From an uncultured Gemmatimonadales bacterium (GTDB lineage: Bacteria > Gemmatimonadota > Gemmatimonadetes > Longimicrobiales > Gaopeijiaceae): a stretch of 64,000 bases of DNA. A program made the translations under genes and the position numbers. This document shows positions 34,289-45,716 of this stretch, one piece after another; the first letter of the stretch is position 1, and each line of letters opens with the position of its first letter. The notes beneath the pieces are model-generated. The model ran no database searches. It worked only from the letters and a program-made list of their open reading frames with translations, and was not told where the DNA came from. Location of the stretch: assembly GCA_963823035.1 (NCBI GenBank), contig CAWGKG010000012.1:256001-320000 (forward strand), in the 5' to 3' direction.

Positions 34289-34427
34289 CGGAAAACGTGC
34301 CTGATCCGCATGAATCGCTGCCAATCTGACGTGACGCGGTGGGCTGCCCACGCCACTTTTACCCCTGGTGCGGCGAAGTTAGGTTGGCACCTTCACCGGC
34401 CTTGCGCCACCTCACGGGTGAGCCATC

Positions 34428-35051
34428 ATGAGCGGAATGCTCGACGGTCTGACGTGGTTCCGCGGCTCGTCGGTCCGAATCCGGCGGGCGGGGCTCGAGA
34501 TCCACGTGGATCCGATCGGCGTCAGCGACGACTCCAAGGCCGACTACATCCTCCTCACGCACCCCCACTACGACAACTTCAGCGAGTCCGACATCGACCG
34601 GGTGCGTACGCCGGAGACCGTGGTCGTGGCCCCGGCCACGATGAAGAAGCTGCTCGACGACGCCGACCACTTCATGCGGCCCGGGGACATGCTCCAGCTC
34701 GACGGCATCGACGTCCTCGCCGTCCCGGCGCACAACGTGGGCAAGCGCTTCCACCGTCCGGAGCAGGGTTGGCTCGGCTACGTCTTCACGGTCGACGGCA
34801 CCACCTTCTACCATGCCGGCGACACCGACTTCCTGCCGTCGATGTTCGGGATACGCTGCGACGTCGCCTTCCTTCCGTGCGGGGGACACTACACGATGGG
34901 TCCGGAAGACGCGGCGCGCGCGGCCGCGGCCTGCGCGGCCTCCGCCGTGATCCCCATCCACTGGGGGGAGCCCCACGCGACGCTCGAGGACGTGGAGCGG
35001 ATCCGGGACCTCTTCGACGGAGAGGTCCACATCCTGGAGCGTGAAGCCTGA
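34428..35051 (+). CDS. MBL-fold metallo-hydrolase
   Basis: LLTHPHYDN (last His of HxHxDH replaced by Asn), YHAGDT, IPIHWG. Confidence 0.85.
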   Translation: MSGMLDGLTWFRGSSVRIRRAGLEIHVDPIGVSDDSKADYILLTHPHYDNFSESDIDRVRTPETVVVAPATMKKLLDDADHFMRPGDMLQLDGIDVLAVPAHNVGKRFHRPEQGWLGYVFTVDGTTFYHAGDTDFLPSMFGIRCDVAFLPCGGHYTMGPEDAARAAAACAASAVIPIHWGEPHATLEDVERIRDLFDGEVHILEREA

Positions 35052-35088
35052 CAGCCCGTGGCCTGATCCCACGACACAAGGACGCACC

Positions 35089-36742
35089 ATGCGCCTCGCG
35101 ACGACCCTCCTCGTCCTCGCCCTCGCGGTCGAGCCGGCCACGGCCCAGGTGACCAGCCCGGCCACGCGCTCCGGACGATCCACGGTCTACGCCCCGAGGG
35201 GGGCCGTCGGAACGAGCCAGCCGCTCGCCACCGGCGCGGCGCTGAAGATCCTGGAGGCGGGTGGCAACGCCTTCGACGCGGCGGTCGCCGCGGCGGCCGT
35301 GCTCAACGTGACCGAGCCGTACATGACGGGCATCGGCGGCGACATGTTCGCCCTGGCCTGGTCCGCGAAGGAGGGTCGACTGGTGGGGCTGGACGCGAGC
35401 GGTCGTTCGGGGTCGAACACCCCGACCGGCGAGGCGCTGCGCGCCGCCGGCGAGGAGAGCGTTCCGTATCGCGGGCCCCGCTCCATCACCGTGCCCGGGG
35501 CGCTTTCCGGCTGGAACGCTCTCGTGACGCGCTACGGGAAGCTGACGCTCGGCCAGGTGCTCGAGCCCGCCATCCGGATCGCCGACGGAGGGCTTCCCCG
35601 TGACCCCCATCATCGCCCAGGACTGGCAGAACACGGTGGACGTACTGCGCGAGGATGAAGGGGCGTCCGCGACGTTCCTCATCGACGGTGAGGCGCCGCG
35701 CGCAGGCCAGTGGTTCCGCAACCCGGACCTGGCGCGGACCTTCCGGCGCATCGCGGAAGGGGGCCCCGGCGCCCTCTACGGGGGCGCGCTCGGCGGGGAG
35801 ATCGTCGAGGCCCTCGGCGCGATGGGCGGCTGGATCACGCTCGACGACCTGAAGGCGCAGGAGGTTCGGTGGGTCGAGCCCATGTCGGTGGACTACAAGG
35901 GCTACACGCTGTGGGAGCTGCCCCCCGCCGGCCAGGGCGTGGCGGCGCTCGAGATGCTGAAGATGCTCGAGGGGTTCGACCTGAAGGCGATGGGGCACAA
36001 CTCCGCGCAGTACCTGCACACGCTGATCGAAGCCAAGAAGCTCGCGTACGCCGACCTGGCCGAGTACGTGGCCGACCCCGAGTACATGCGGATCGACCCG
36101 GCGCGCCTCCTCGACCCGGCGTACGTGAAGTCGCGGGCGGCGCTCATCGACCCGGCACACGCGGCCCGCCGAACCGAGCCCGGGAAGCCGATCACGGACA
36201 GCGAGACGATCTACCTGTCGGTGGCGGACGAGGACGGCAACATGGTCTCGTTCATCTGCTCGATCTACGAGTACTTCGGCTCCGGCGTGGTGGTGCCCGG
36301 CACCGGCTTCGTGCTCCAGGACCGCGGCGCCGGCTTCAACCTGGAAGCGGGCTCACCGGACGAGATCGGGCCCGGCAAGCTGCCCTTCCACACGATCATC
36401 CCGGCGTTCGTCACGAAGGACGGCGCTCCCTGGCTCTCCTTCGGCGTGATGGGCGGCTCGATGCAGCCGCAGGGACACGTCCAGGTGCTGCTCGACCTCC
36501 TCGAGTTCGGAATGGACCTGCAGGAGGCCGTGGACGCTCCCCGCTTCCGGCACTTCAGCGGCGCGACCGTCGCGATCGAGAACCTGCCGGACAGCGTCGC
36601 GCAACAGCTGCGCACCATGGGTCACGAGCTGCGCAGCCCGAACGGCGTGGCCTTCGGCGGCGCCCAGGCCGTCATGAAGCTGGAGCGCGGATGGGCGGCC
36701 GCGTCCGATCCGCGCAAGGACGGCATGGCGGCGGGACGTTGA
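35089..36742 (+). CDS. ggt: Gamma-glutamyltransferase (frameshift near 35590)
   Basis: GGNAFDAAVA, GIGGD, VPG, NPDLA, ETIYLSVAD (nucleophile Thr) and FGVMGGSMQPQGH motifs. Confidence 0.9.
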
Positions 36743-37584
36743 TGTCCGACTTCATCATTCCCTTCGATCGCCTCCCGCCCCGCTTCGCCGAGAGCATCCG
36801 GCATCCGCCCCAGGTGCCCGCAGCTGCCCGCGCGGCGGCCACCATCGTGCTGATGCGCGACGGCGCGGACGGAGTCGAGGTGCTGCTGCTCCGGCGGGCG
36901 CGCACCGCCGGCTTCGTTCCGGGCGCCTATGTCTTCCCGGGCGGACGCGTCGACGGCGCGGACGCCGAGCCGCACATCGTCGCCCACCTGGACGGCCTGG
37001 ACGCCGACGCGGCCGCCGCCCGTCTCGAGCTTGCCGACGGCGATCCTCCCGCGCTGGCGTACTACCTGGCCGCCATGCGCGAGGCGTTCGAGGAGACGGG
37101 GATCCTGGTGGGACGGGGCGCCGACGGATCCGATCCATCCACCGCGGCGGAGAGCCCGGAGGTGGACGCCGTCCGCGACGACCTCATGGAGGACCGCATA
37201 GGCTTCGCCGAAGCGCTGGAGCGCATGGGGTGCCGGCTGGCCGGCGGCGCCGTGGAGTACCTGGCGCACTGGATCACCCCCGAGCCCGAGCCCCGCCGCT
37301 ACGACACGCGCTTCTTCGCGGCCCGGGTGCGGGAGGGCGCGCCCGCGATCGTCGATCGGCGGGAGATGACCGACGCGGTCTGGCTCACGCCCGAGGCCGC
37401 GCTCGCCAGGAACGAGGACGGTACGCTGCCGATGGTCTTCCCGACGATCCACACGCTCGCGGACCTGCGGAGCTTCGACGACGTCGGCGCGGTGCTCGCG
37501 GCGCTTCGCCGTCGCAGGATCCCGTCGATCATGCCCCGCCTGGTGATGACACCCACGGGCATCGCGATGGAGCTGGACGGATGA
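36742..37584 (+). CDS. NUDIX hydrolase
   Basis: YVFPGGRVD, AAMREAFEETG, HWITP..RRYDTRFF. Confidence 0.88.
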   Translation: MSDFIIPFDRLPPRFAESIRHPPQVPAAARAAATIVLMRDGADGVEVLLLRRARTAGFVPGAYVFPGGRVDGADAEPHIVAHLDGLDADAAAARLELADGDPPALAYYLAAMREAFEETGILVGRGADGSDPSTAAESPEVDAVRDDLMEDRIGFAEALERMGCRLAGGAVEYLAHWITPEPEPRRYDTRFFAARVREGAPAIVDRREMTDAVWLTPEAALARNEDGTLPMVFPTIHTLADLRSFDDVGAVLAALRRRRIPSIMPRLVMTPTGIAMELDG

Positions 37585-38093
37585 CCGCGACCGAGCGCTG
37601 GCTGCGCGGCCCCGTGCCGGACGTTCCCGCCCCACTGCAACCTGTGGCCCATGCGCTTCTCCAGGCGCAGGAGGAGATCGGGGGAGCGGTGGCCGGCTTC
37701 TCGGAGGATCAGCTCGTCGCTCGGCCGGGAGGGGTGGCCTCCCTCGCCTTCCACCTCTTCCACCTCGCGGGAAGCACGCGTCGGCTCCTGACCGCCGCGC
37801 GCGGGGAGCCGATCACCACGGAAGACCGCGAGGCTCGCGCGCGCGAAAGCGTCGGCGAGTTCACCACGGAGCTCGACGAGTTGCTCGAAGGGCTGCACCG
37901 CAGCTTCGACGACGTGCTCGCCCACCTCCGCGACACCGACCCCGACACGCTCACCGAAGCACGCCAGGTGGGACGCATGCACCTCCCATCCACCGTCGGC
38001 GGCTTGCTCTTCCACATCGCCGAGCACGCCGCCCGCCATGCCGGGCAGGTGGTGACCACGGCGAAGCTCATTCGAGCGGAGACAGCGTCATGA
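37581..38093 (+). CDS. DinB-family protein
   Basis: WLRGP, FHLFHLAGS and HIAEHAARHAGQ His motifs. Confidence 0.85.
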   Translation: MTATERWLRGPVPDVPAPLQPVAHALLQAQEEIGGAVAGFSEDQLVARPGGVASLAFHLFHLAGSTRRLLTAARGEPITTEDREARARESVGEFTTELDELLEGLHRSFDDVLAHLRDTDPDTLTEARQVGRMHLPSTVGGLLFHIAEHAARHAGQVVTTAKLIRAETAS

Positions 38094-38650
38094 GGAGATC
38101 GATCGTGGTCGGCGCGCTCACGGCCCTGACCGCGTGCGCGCCGCGCGGCGGCCCGTCGCCTACCCTCGCGCGGAACGAGCTCGTGGCCCGCACGCTCATG
38201 GATGCGTGGCAGTCCGGGGACCAGGATGTTCTTTCGGACCTCTTCTCCCCGGACGCGGTCTACGACGACTTCCCCAACCAGCAGCAGTACCAGGGCATCC
38301 AGGAGATCGTCGGCTACGTGCAGGCCGTCCATGCGTGGGCGGACGGCCTGAGCATCGACGTCTCGGCCGTTCATCCTTCCGAGGAGGGCGCCACCGTCGA
38401 ATGGGTGTTCAGCGCGACGCAGTCACGACCCATCGGCAACCGTGTGCCCGTCGCGACGGGCAACGAGGTGGTGCTGAACGGCGTGACCATCCTCGAGATC
38501 CGGAACGGGCGCATCCACCGGGCGGCCGACTACATCGACGCGCTGGCCCTGGTCCTCCAACTGGGCGGCGAGGTGCACATGCCGGGCGGAGGCGTGATAC
38601 GCCTGGACGACATCCTTCCCCCCGTGGACACGGCCGGAGCTCGGCCATGA
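38090..38650 (+). CDS. SnoaL/NTF2-like lipoprotein
   Basis: Lipobox LTAC, FSPDAVYDD, GRIHRAADYID. Confidence 0.75.
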   Translation: MRRSIVVGALTALTACAPRGGPSPTLARNELVARTLMDAWQSGDQDVLSDLFSPDAVYDDFPNQQQYQGIQEIVGYVQAVHAWADGLSIDVSAVHPSEEGATVEWVFSATQSRPIGNRVPVATGNEVVLNGVTILEIRNGRIHRAADYIDALALVLQLGGEVHMPGGGVIRLDDILPPVDTAGARP

Positions 38651-39420
38651 GCGGACGGCCGTGGGTGCTGTCGGAGGCCACCTGGTCGACCGTGCGCGAC
38701 GATCCATACGAGGTGGCGGTCCTGCCGTGGGGCGCGACCGAGGCGCATAACCTGCACCTGCCGTACGGCACCGACTGCTACGAGACGACGGCGGTGGCGG
38801 AGGCGGCCGCCGCGATCGCGTGGAAGGCCGGGGCGCGCGTCGTGGTGCTTCCGACCCTCCCCTTCGGCGTGAACACGCAACAGCTCGACATCCCGCTCAC
38901 CGTCAACATGAAGCCGAGCACGCAGGCGGCGGTGCTCGCGGACGTGGTGGAGAGCCTCGAGGCACACCGCGTGTCCAAGCTGCTGGTGCTGAACGGTCAT
39001 GGTGGCAACGACTTCCGCCAGATGATCCGGGAATTGCAGGCGGCCACGCCGCTCTTCCTGTGCGCGGCGAACTGGTTCACGTTCCCCGGCACGCTGGACG
39101 CCTTCGAGGACCCGGGGGACCACGCCGGCGAGGCCGAGACGAGCCTGATGATGCACCTGCGGCCGGAGCTGGTCCTCCCCCTCGACGAAGCCGGACCGGG
39201 CGCCGCCCGCGAGTGGAGGGTAGCGGCCTTCCGGGAGCGCTGGGTGTGGGCACCGCGTCAGTGGACGCGCGTCACGAGCGACACCGGGGTCGGGGACCCC
39301 GCACCCTCCACGGAGGAGAAGGGGGCCCGCTACTTCGACGCCGTCACGAAGAAGCTGGCGGATTTTCTGGTCGATCTGAGTGGGATGGATCCGACGGATC
39401 TGTACTTCGCGGGCCCGTGA
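38647..39420 (+). CDS. Creatininase-family amidohydrolase
   Basis: GATEAHNLHLPYGTD, NGHGGN and HAGEAETS motifs. Confidence 0.9.
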   Translation: MSGRPWVLSEATWSTVRDDPYEVAVLPWGATEAHNLHLPYGTDCYETTAVAEAAAAIAWKAGARVVVLPTLPFGVNTQQLDIPLTVNMKPSTQAAVLADVVESLEAHRVSKLLVLNGHGGNDFRQMIRELQAATPLFLCAANWFTFPGTLDAFEDPGDHAGEAETSLMMHLRPELVLPLDEAGPGAAREWRVAAFRERWVWAPRQWTRVTSDTGVGDPAPSTEEKGARYFDAVTKKLADFLVDLSGMDPTDLYFAGP

Positions 39421-39814
39421 CCGAGTCCTTCGGGACGAGGAGGTCCTCGGCCACCAGGATCTCGGCGCCGGTGCGCAGGGCGAGTGCGACCGAATCGGAC
39501 GGCCGCGCATCCAACGTGAACCGCCGCTCGTCGCGCCCGAGGAAGAGCTCGGCGTAGTACGTCCCTTCCTCGCGGCGGTCGATGGCGATCGTGGTGAGCT
39601 GTCCGCCGAACGCGCGGATGATCGTCACCAGGAGGTCGTGCGTCATCGGACGGGCGAGGCTCATGTCCGCCAGCTCGATGGCGATCGCGCTCGCCTCGCT
39701 CGGTCCGATCCAGATGGGGAGGATCCGGTCTCCCTCCGCCTCGTGCAGGATCATCACGGGCGTGTTGTCGTTCCGGTCGAGACCCAACGAGCCGACCGTG
39801 ACCTTCACGAGCAT
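39344..39814 (-). CDS. Bifunctional nuclease family (DUF151) protein
   Basis: LPIWIGPSEA, RPMTHDL and DARPSDSVALA motifs; GGAGG RBS. Confidence 0.88.
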   Translation of the reverse strand: MLVKVTVGSLGLDRNDNTPVMILHEAEGDRILPIWIGPSEASAIAIELADMSLARPMTHDLLVTIIRAFGGQLTTIAIDRREEGTYYAELFLGRDERRFTLDARPSDSVALALRTGAEILVAEDLLVPKDSVTGPRSTDPSDPSHSDRPENPPASS

Positions 39815-40789
39815 GGTCGATCCTCCCGTTCCGCCCGCCCCGTCCCACCACTTCAGGGCGCGCAGCGCGCGAAGCGTGTTCCAGCGGCTGGACGCGTGGA
39901 TGCGCTCGAGCTTGAAGTACGTCTTGCCCCGGTAGCGGTTCTCGAGTCGCCAGCGGCCGTCCTCGTGTCGCTTTTCGCGTAGCATGCCGATCGCGTCGGA
40001 GAGTCGCTCGTCCGCGGGGAGCGTCGACGACCCTGAAGTGGTCGAGCCCGCGAAGGATGTCGTAGTGCCAGCGCGGGGGAAAGGAGAGGCGGGTGAAGAT
40101 CGGCTTGATGACGGCCCCGGTGCGGTGCGAGCGGTACATCCGGTGGGCGAGGAAGAACTCCCGCCCCTGTCGCCTGCGCCTCACGGATCGCGCGCACCTT
40201 CGCGCTTCGCGGATGCAGCTCGTAGTGGCGCAGTCCCTCGAGCACGCTGATCGTCGTGTGTACCGACGAGTGCGTGGCACCGCGCGGTCGCTGGCAGTTC
40301 CATCCGCCGTCGGCCATCTGCTGCGCGAGCAGATGGTCGGCGACGACGTCCAGGCGGTCGTCGTCGTGCTGGAAGTACGAGAGGAGCGAGAGCACCATGC
40401 CCGTGATGCACGTCTCGCTCTGCCCCCGCCACCCGTAGTTGATGCCCCCGTCCCTCTGCAGGCCCCGATCGAGGAGAAGGCCGCAGGCCTTGCGAGCCCC
40501 CGCGTTCTCCGGCGTGAGGCCGAAGTCGCGCAGGAGCAGCATGGTGTAGGTGGTCGAGATCCACTTCGGAGAGTAGAGGCCGCTGTCCGGGCTTCTCGCC
40601 GGCGGCCCACCTCCCGTCGGCCCCCTGCTGCGCGAGCAGGCGTTCGCCCCACCCGCCCGCGGCCACCTTGCGGCGCTCGCGCTCGACCGCGGTCGGGTCG
40701 GCTCCCATCAGGTCGCGGAGCGTCTGCCAACGGATCGAAGGGTCCCCGGCGAGCAGCCAGTCGACCACGGGATCGGACGCGACCTTCAC
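39815..40789 (-). CDS. Prenyltransferase/squalene-cyclase-like alpha-barrel hypothetical protein (frameshifts)
   Basis: WLLAGDPSIRWQ, YSPKWISTTYT, ETCITG, QMADGGWNC, FPPRWHYD and SRWNTLRALR motifs. Confidence 0.7.
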
Positions 40790-41235
40790 GGCTTGTCCTC
40801 CTCGTCCTCGTCTCCGGCCGTCTCCTGCCACTCCTCGAGCTCCGCGATCGGGGGCAGGAGGAACGCCCCGTTGACCGCGATCTCGGCGCCGGCGCGCAAC
40901 GCCGCCGCGATCGAGTCCGACGGACGGGCATCGAGCGTGAGCGTGCGGCCGTCCCGCTCGAGGAAGAGCTTGGCGTAGATCGTGGACTGCTCGACGCGGT
41001 CGATCACGATCCTGGTGAGCTTCCCGCCGAACCCGTCGATGACGCTCAGCATGAGGTCGTGCGTGAGCGGGCGCACGAAGGTCTTGCCGGCGAGCTGCAC
41101 CGCGATCGACGCCGCCTCGTTCGGGCCGATCCATATCGGGAACTCACGATCGTCGTCGTCTCCCGCGAGGATGACGACCGGCGTGTCGCTGCGCGGGTCG
41201 AGAGCCAGGCGCTTCACCCGGACGCTCACCAACAT
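40786..41235 (-). CDS. Bifunctional nuclease family (DUF151) protein, second paralog
   Basis: FPIWIGPNEA, RPLTHDL and DARPSDSIAAA motifs. Confidence 0.88.
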   Translation of the reverse strand: MLVSVRVKRLALDPRSDTPVVILAGDDDDREFPIWIGPNEAASIAVQLAGKTFVRPLTHDLMLSVIDGFGGKLTRIVIDRVEQSTIYAKLFLERDGRTLTLDARPSDSIAAALRAGAEIAVNGAFLLPPIAELEEWQETAGDEDEEDKP

Positions 41236-41305
41236 GGGCTCCTCCCTTCCGCCCGAGCGGGCGGGCACGCGTCGGCGATCGGGGCCACGTTTGCGCGTGC
41301 CGTCC

Positions 41306-42049
41306 TCACCTTCGGCCGCCTCGGCCGAACGCCTCCAGCATCCTCTCCTCCGAGGGGGGGTGCAGGAGGCTCTCGTCCACGAACGCGTCCACCCCCGGAT
41401 AGGCGGTGGCGCGGATCCTGCACGCGGCTTTTTCGAGGTCGTATTCCGTCCGTCGCAGCCGGACGTCCGGACCGAGCAGGAGCCAGTACGCACCCGGCTC
41501 GCCGAAGGGCATCCCGACGCTGCCGGCGTTGACCACGCGCATGTCGCCGACCGTCCTGTCGAACTGCATGTGCGTGTGGCCGCAGACGAGCACGTCCGCG
41601 CTCGCGCCCTCCATCAGTCGCGCGACATCCTCCTCCGGCGTGAGGCGCGTGAAGACGTGCGCGTCGCTCGTGGGCGTGGCGTGGCAGAAAAGCACGTCAC
41701 CCATACCCGGGACCGACGCGCGCAGCGTCGACGGCCATGTCCTCATGAACCGTACCTGCTCGTCCTCGAGCTGCGCGCCGGACCAGCGCACGGCTTCCCG
41801 GAACGGCTCGGGCACGCGGCTCTCGACGCCGTCCAGCTCTGCGAGCAGGTCGGTCTCGCCGTTTCCGTGGATGAACTCCGTGGGAAGCGCGATCTCGGTC
41901 AGCCGAGTGAGCGCTTCGCGCGCCATCGGTCCAGGAACCACGTCCCCCCCGACCACGACGCGGTCCACGCCCTCGCGCGCCATGTCGTCGAGGACGGCCT
42001 CGAGGGCGGGTAGGTTGCCGTGGACATCGTAGAGGGCCGCGATTGGCAT
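41306..42049 (-). CDS. Metallophosphoesterase
   Basis: DVHGN, GGDVV, GN, GHTH and NAGSVG motifs. Confidence 0.88.
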   Translation of the reverse strand: MPIAALYDVHGNLPALEAVLDDMAREGVDRVVVGGDVVPGPMAREALTRLTEIALPTEFIHGNGETDLLAELDGVESRVPEPFREAVRWSGAQLEDEQVRFMRTWPSTLRASVPGMGDVLFCHATPTSDAHVFTRLTPEEDVARLMEGASADVLVCGHTHMQFDRTVGDMRVVNAGSVGMPFGEPGAYWLLLGPDVRLRRTEYDLEKAACRIRATAYPGVDAFVDESLLHPPSEERMLEAFGRGGRR

Positions 42050-42118
42050 CTCGGCATCACGGTACAACATCCTCGGGGCCCACGACATGGCGGCCCACGA
42101 GGGCGGATCCCCGAACCC

Positions 42119-43304
42119 TCACCCCACGGCGGCCACCACCCCGTCCATCTCCCGCACCACCTCCACCCCCGCCCCCATGCTCCGGCTGAGCGCGACGTGC
42201 AGCGCACGGACCTCCTGCATGTCCCACGCGAACGAGGCGAGGCGATCGGTGACGTCCATGAGCTCGCGCGCGACCCTGTCGCGCGTCGCCTGGTATTCCT
42301 CGAGCTCGGCCTCTCTTCCGGCCAGGATCGCGCGCGCCAGCAGCTCGGCGTCGCGCAGCGCGTCGGAGATGCCGTGCGCCGTGAAGGGATCGCGGAAGTA
42401 GCCGGCGTCGCCCACGAGCGCCCACCCCGGTCCCACGCACCGCCGGAGGAAGGTCGGCGCGCCCGCGAAGGCGCGCAGCTTCGGAAGCGAAGCGCGCTCC
42501 TCCATATGCACCGCCAACTCGGGCGCCGCCTCGAGCAGCGTCTGGCCGTAGAGCCACTCCAGGCCGCGCCAACGCTCCCGCTCGAACCGCAGTGCGGGCA
42601 TCCCGGCGAAGATGCACGTGTCCCCACCGTTCGTCGGGATCACCCCGGCCCCGACACCCGGGCGGTAGTGCCAGTGGTAGCCTTCCACGTCCAGCCCCGA
42701 CCAGTACCCGAACACGCAGGCGGCTTCGTGATGGCCCACGTGATCCACCGGCGCTTCCACGAGCCGCGCCACCCTCGACCGCATGCCGTCGGCTCCCACC
42801 ACCATGTCCGCGTGGAGCGCCATCTCGCGGCCGTCCGAGCCTGCCACGGTGGCGCCGACCACGCGGCCCGACGGGTCGCGCAGGAGGCCGGCCACCGCGA
42901 ACCCGTGCAGGACGTGCGCCCCGGCCTCCTCCGCCGCATCCACCAGCACCCGGTCCAGGAGGGTGCGGCGGGGTGCGTAGAGAGCATCGACGCCATCGCG
43001 CGGCTTGATCGGGACCGGGACAACCTCGTCCTCGTAGTGGAAGGTCGTGGTGCGGATCGGCGGCGTCCCGGCCGCGATGATCTCGCCCGAGCAGCCCCCA
43101 GCGCGCGAGCTGCAGGATGCCACCGCGCATGAGCGCGTGCGTCGACAGGGTGTCGCTACCGCGCCGGGCGGGGTCGACGACCAGGACGCGCGCGCCGCTC
43201 CTGGCCAGCAGCATGGCGGTGGAGGCACCGGCGCAGCGCGCGCCCGCGACGATGACATCGTAGCTGCCGCGGAGCCGGACGTCCTGCGAGAAAGATGTAT
43301 TCAT
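42119..43304 (-). CDS. FAD-dependent oxidoreductase/monooxygenase (frameshift near 43095)
   Basis: VAGARCAGA, DTLSTHA, GADG and LVGDAGYFRDPFTAHGISDA motifs. Confidence 0.85.
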
Positions 43305-43323
43305 GCCACGGCCCTCCCCGGGC

Positions 43324-44550
43324 TCATCCACCGTCATGGATTCTCTCCACCACGGCGCGCGCGTCGGCGCCCACACCGTCGAGGAAGCTCGAGTTGCGTC
43401 GGCGCAGGAAGTTGAGCCCCAGCACGTAGAGGCCCGGCTGCGCGGTGACGCCGTCTTCGTGTCGGATCTCGCCGCGCCCGTCCAGCACCGGCAGGCGGAG
43501 CCACGGGTAGCGGCGTCGATAGCCGGTGGCCCAGACGACCGTGCGGATCCCGGCTGCCCGGAGGTCGAGCCGCCGTTCGGTTTCGGGGATCGGCACGCGA
43601 TGGGGGCGACTCGGCGGCGGGCACGGCGCGGCCCGCTCCCGTCGCCTGGATGTGTGCGTCGATGCGCCGCAGTCGGCGAGCGAGCTGCGCGTCGGCCGCG
43701 CGCAGGTTGTCCGCCAGGTCGTCGGCGATAGATACACTCGATGGCGCTCCGCCGCTTCGACGCGACCCACCACGCGCACGCCCGCCTCCTGCATCACGGC
43801 GAGGTCGAGGGTGCGTCGCTCCGGGGTGCCGACGAGTTGGAGCGAAGGCTCGGCGCGCGCCGCCGTCCAGGTCCGTCACGTCTCCGCGCACGGCGCTCCA
43901 GAGAGCCCATCGCATCGAGCCAGCGAAAGATGTCGCGGCCTCGATAGGTGCGAGGGAGCCGCGTGTGCCGTCCGACCGCGAGCGTGACCGGCCGACCGGA
44001 GGCGTGGATCTCCGCGGCAAGCTGGATGCCCGTGGCCGAGGCCCCGACCACCAGGACGCCGCCGTCGCGGAGCTGCTCGGGATTGCGGTAGGACGTCGGC
44101 ACCACCTGCTCGACGTCTCGCCGCGAGGCCGGCCGCCAACGGCGGGACGTACGGACGGTCGCAATGGCCCGTCGCGACGATCACGGCGTCGGCGCGGAAG
44201 ATGCCGTGATCCGTCTCGACCACGAAGCAACCTGCCGCTCGCTCCACCCGCGTGACCGTGATCCCCGCGAGAACCGGGGCCGGGAAGGAGCTCGCGTATC
44301 CTTCCAGGTACGCGATGAGCTCCCGGCGGCTCATGAAGCCCTCGGGATCGGGACCGCGGTACGACCAACCCGGGAGGCGCGCCATCCAACGCGGCGTCAG
44401 GAGATGGAGCGAATCCCACCGCTCGCTCCGCCACCGCTCGGCCACCCGCCCCCGCTCGAGCACGACGTGCTCGATGCCTCGATCCGTCAACTCGCGACTC
44501 GCGGCCAGCCCCGCCTGGCCTCCCCCGATCACCACCGTGTGCACCCTCAT
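43324..44550 (-). CDS. Flavin-containing monooxygenase-like NAD(P)/FAD oxidoreductase (several indels)
   Basis: IGGGQAG, ERWDSL, YRNP, VVGASATG and WATGY motifs. Confidence 0.8.
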
Positions 44551-44629
44551 CTCCCCCCCACCTCCCTTGCCGGGCGGCGACGGCCGCCGGCCGGCCTCCT
44601 CGACCGACCGGCGGCGCCTCCGCCCCGTC

Positions 44630-45211
44630 TCAGCTCTCGTTGACGGTGATCTCCACCGGCACCTGGTTGGTGATGATGTCGAACACGGCCGAGCGGCCAC
44701 GCGACTGCTCCACGATCTGCCGGAGCTTCTCCTCCGGCGCGTTGCCCCGGATCGTGTAGTCCACGCGGATCTTCTGGTAGCCGTTGCGTACCTGGTCGGA
44801 GAGGCCGAGCAGGCCCTGCAGGTCGATCTCACCCTCGACGCGCGCCTCGACGCCGTAGAGCTCCACGCCGCGGGCAGACGCGATGTTGCCGATCCCCGCC
44901 GTGAGGCAGGAGGCGAGGCCGATCAGCACGAACTCGACAGGCGTCGGGCCGTTGTCCGCGCCGACCAGAACCTGCGGGTGGTCCGCGTCGAACTCGAAGG
45001 TGCGCTTATGCTCCTGCTCGCCGCCGGCGCCGTAGAACGACTCCACGGTGGTGCGGCTGTGCGTGCCGGCGATCCACTCGTTCGTCGCACGGAAGCGGAA
45101 CTTCGCCAGCTCCCGCTGGCCCGCCACCGCGTCGATCGTGGCGAACAGCGTCGGAACGTCCACACCGTTCATCGGCTCGCGCTTGCGGGGCTCGGTCATC
45201 GTCTGCGTCAT
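44630..45211 (-). CDS. OsmC-family protein
   Basis: MNGVDV, DHPQVLVG and PTPVEFVLIGLASCL motifs. Confidence 0.88.
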   Translation of the reverse strand: MTQTMTEPRKREPMNGVDVPTLFATIDAVAGQRELAKFRFRATNEWIAGTHSRTTVESFYGAGGEQEHKRTFEFDADHPQVLVGADNGPTPVEFVLIGLASCLTAGIGNIASARGVELYGVEARVEGEIDLQGLLGLSDQVRNGYQKIRVDYTIRGNAPEEKLRQIVEQSRGRSAVFDIITNQVPVEITVNES

Positions 45212-45361
45212 CGTCGTCCTCCCATCATCAGCCCCGAGGTCCTGAGGCATCGGTTCACGATGGATCGGGGCCGGTGCGGCCCGTCACGCGTTCATGGGAG
45301 TTGACCGGAGATCGCCGCGGACCGGATCACCGGCGGGCGGGAAGGTGTGCCGCGAAGAACT

Positions 45362-45649
45362 CTACAGCCCCTCGACCACGACGATGTTCGTGTCGGCAAC
45401 GCGGTGGCGGAGCGCCTTGAGGTCCCGGTACGCGGGATCGTCCACGAACGCCTGGATCGAGGCCCGGTCCGGAAAGCTGAAGAGCACCAGACGGGCCGGC
45501 GTCCACGTGCCCTCGAGCACCTCGCAGGCGCCGCCTCGCGCGAGATATACGCCGCCGTGCTTCGCGGCGAGGGGTGCCACGCCCTTCTTGTAATCCTCGT
45601 AAGCTGCGGCGTCGCGCACGTGCACGTCGACGATCATGAAGGCGGGCAT
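45362..45649 (-). CDS. DUF1330-domain protein
   Basis: HGGVYLARGG, LEG.W.P.R, FP and final VVEG motifs. Confidence 0.85.
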   Translation of the reverse strand: MPAFMIVDVHVRDAAAYEDYKKGVAPLAAKHGGVYLARGGACEVLEGTWTPARLVLFSFPDRASIQAFVDDPAYRDLKALRHRVADTNIVVVEGL

Positions 45650-45716
45650 CGGGGCTCCGGGCGGGGGTGGATCGCGTCGGAGGTGCCCCCGGCGCGTGGG
45701 TGACGTCGGCGCCGGG

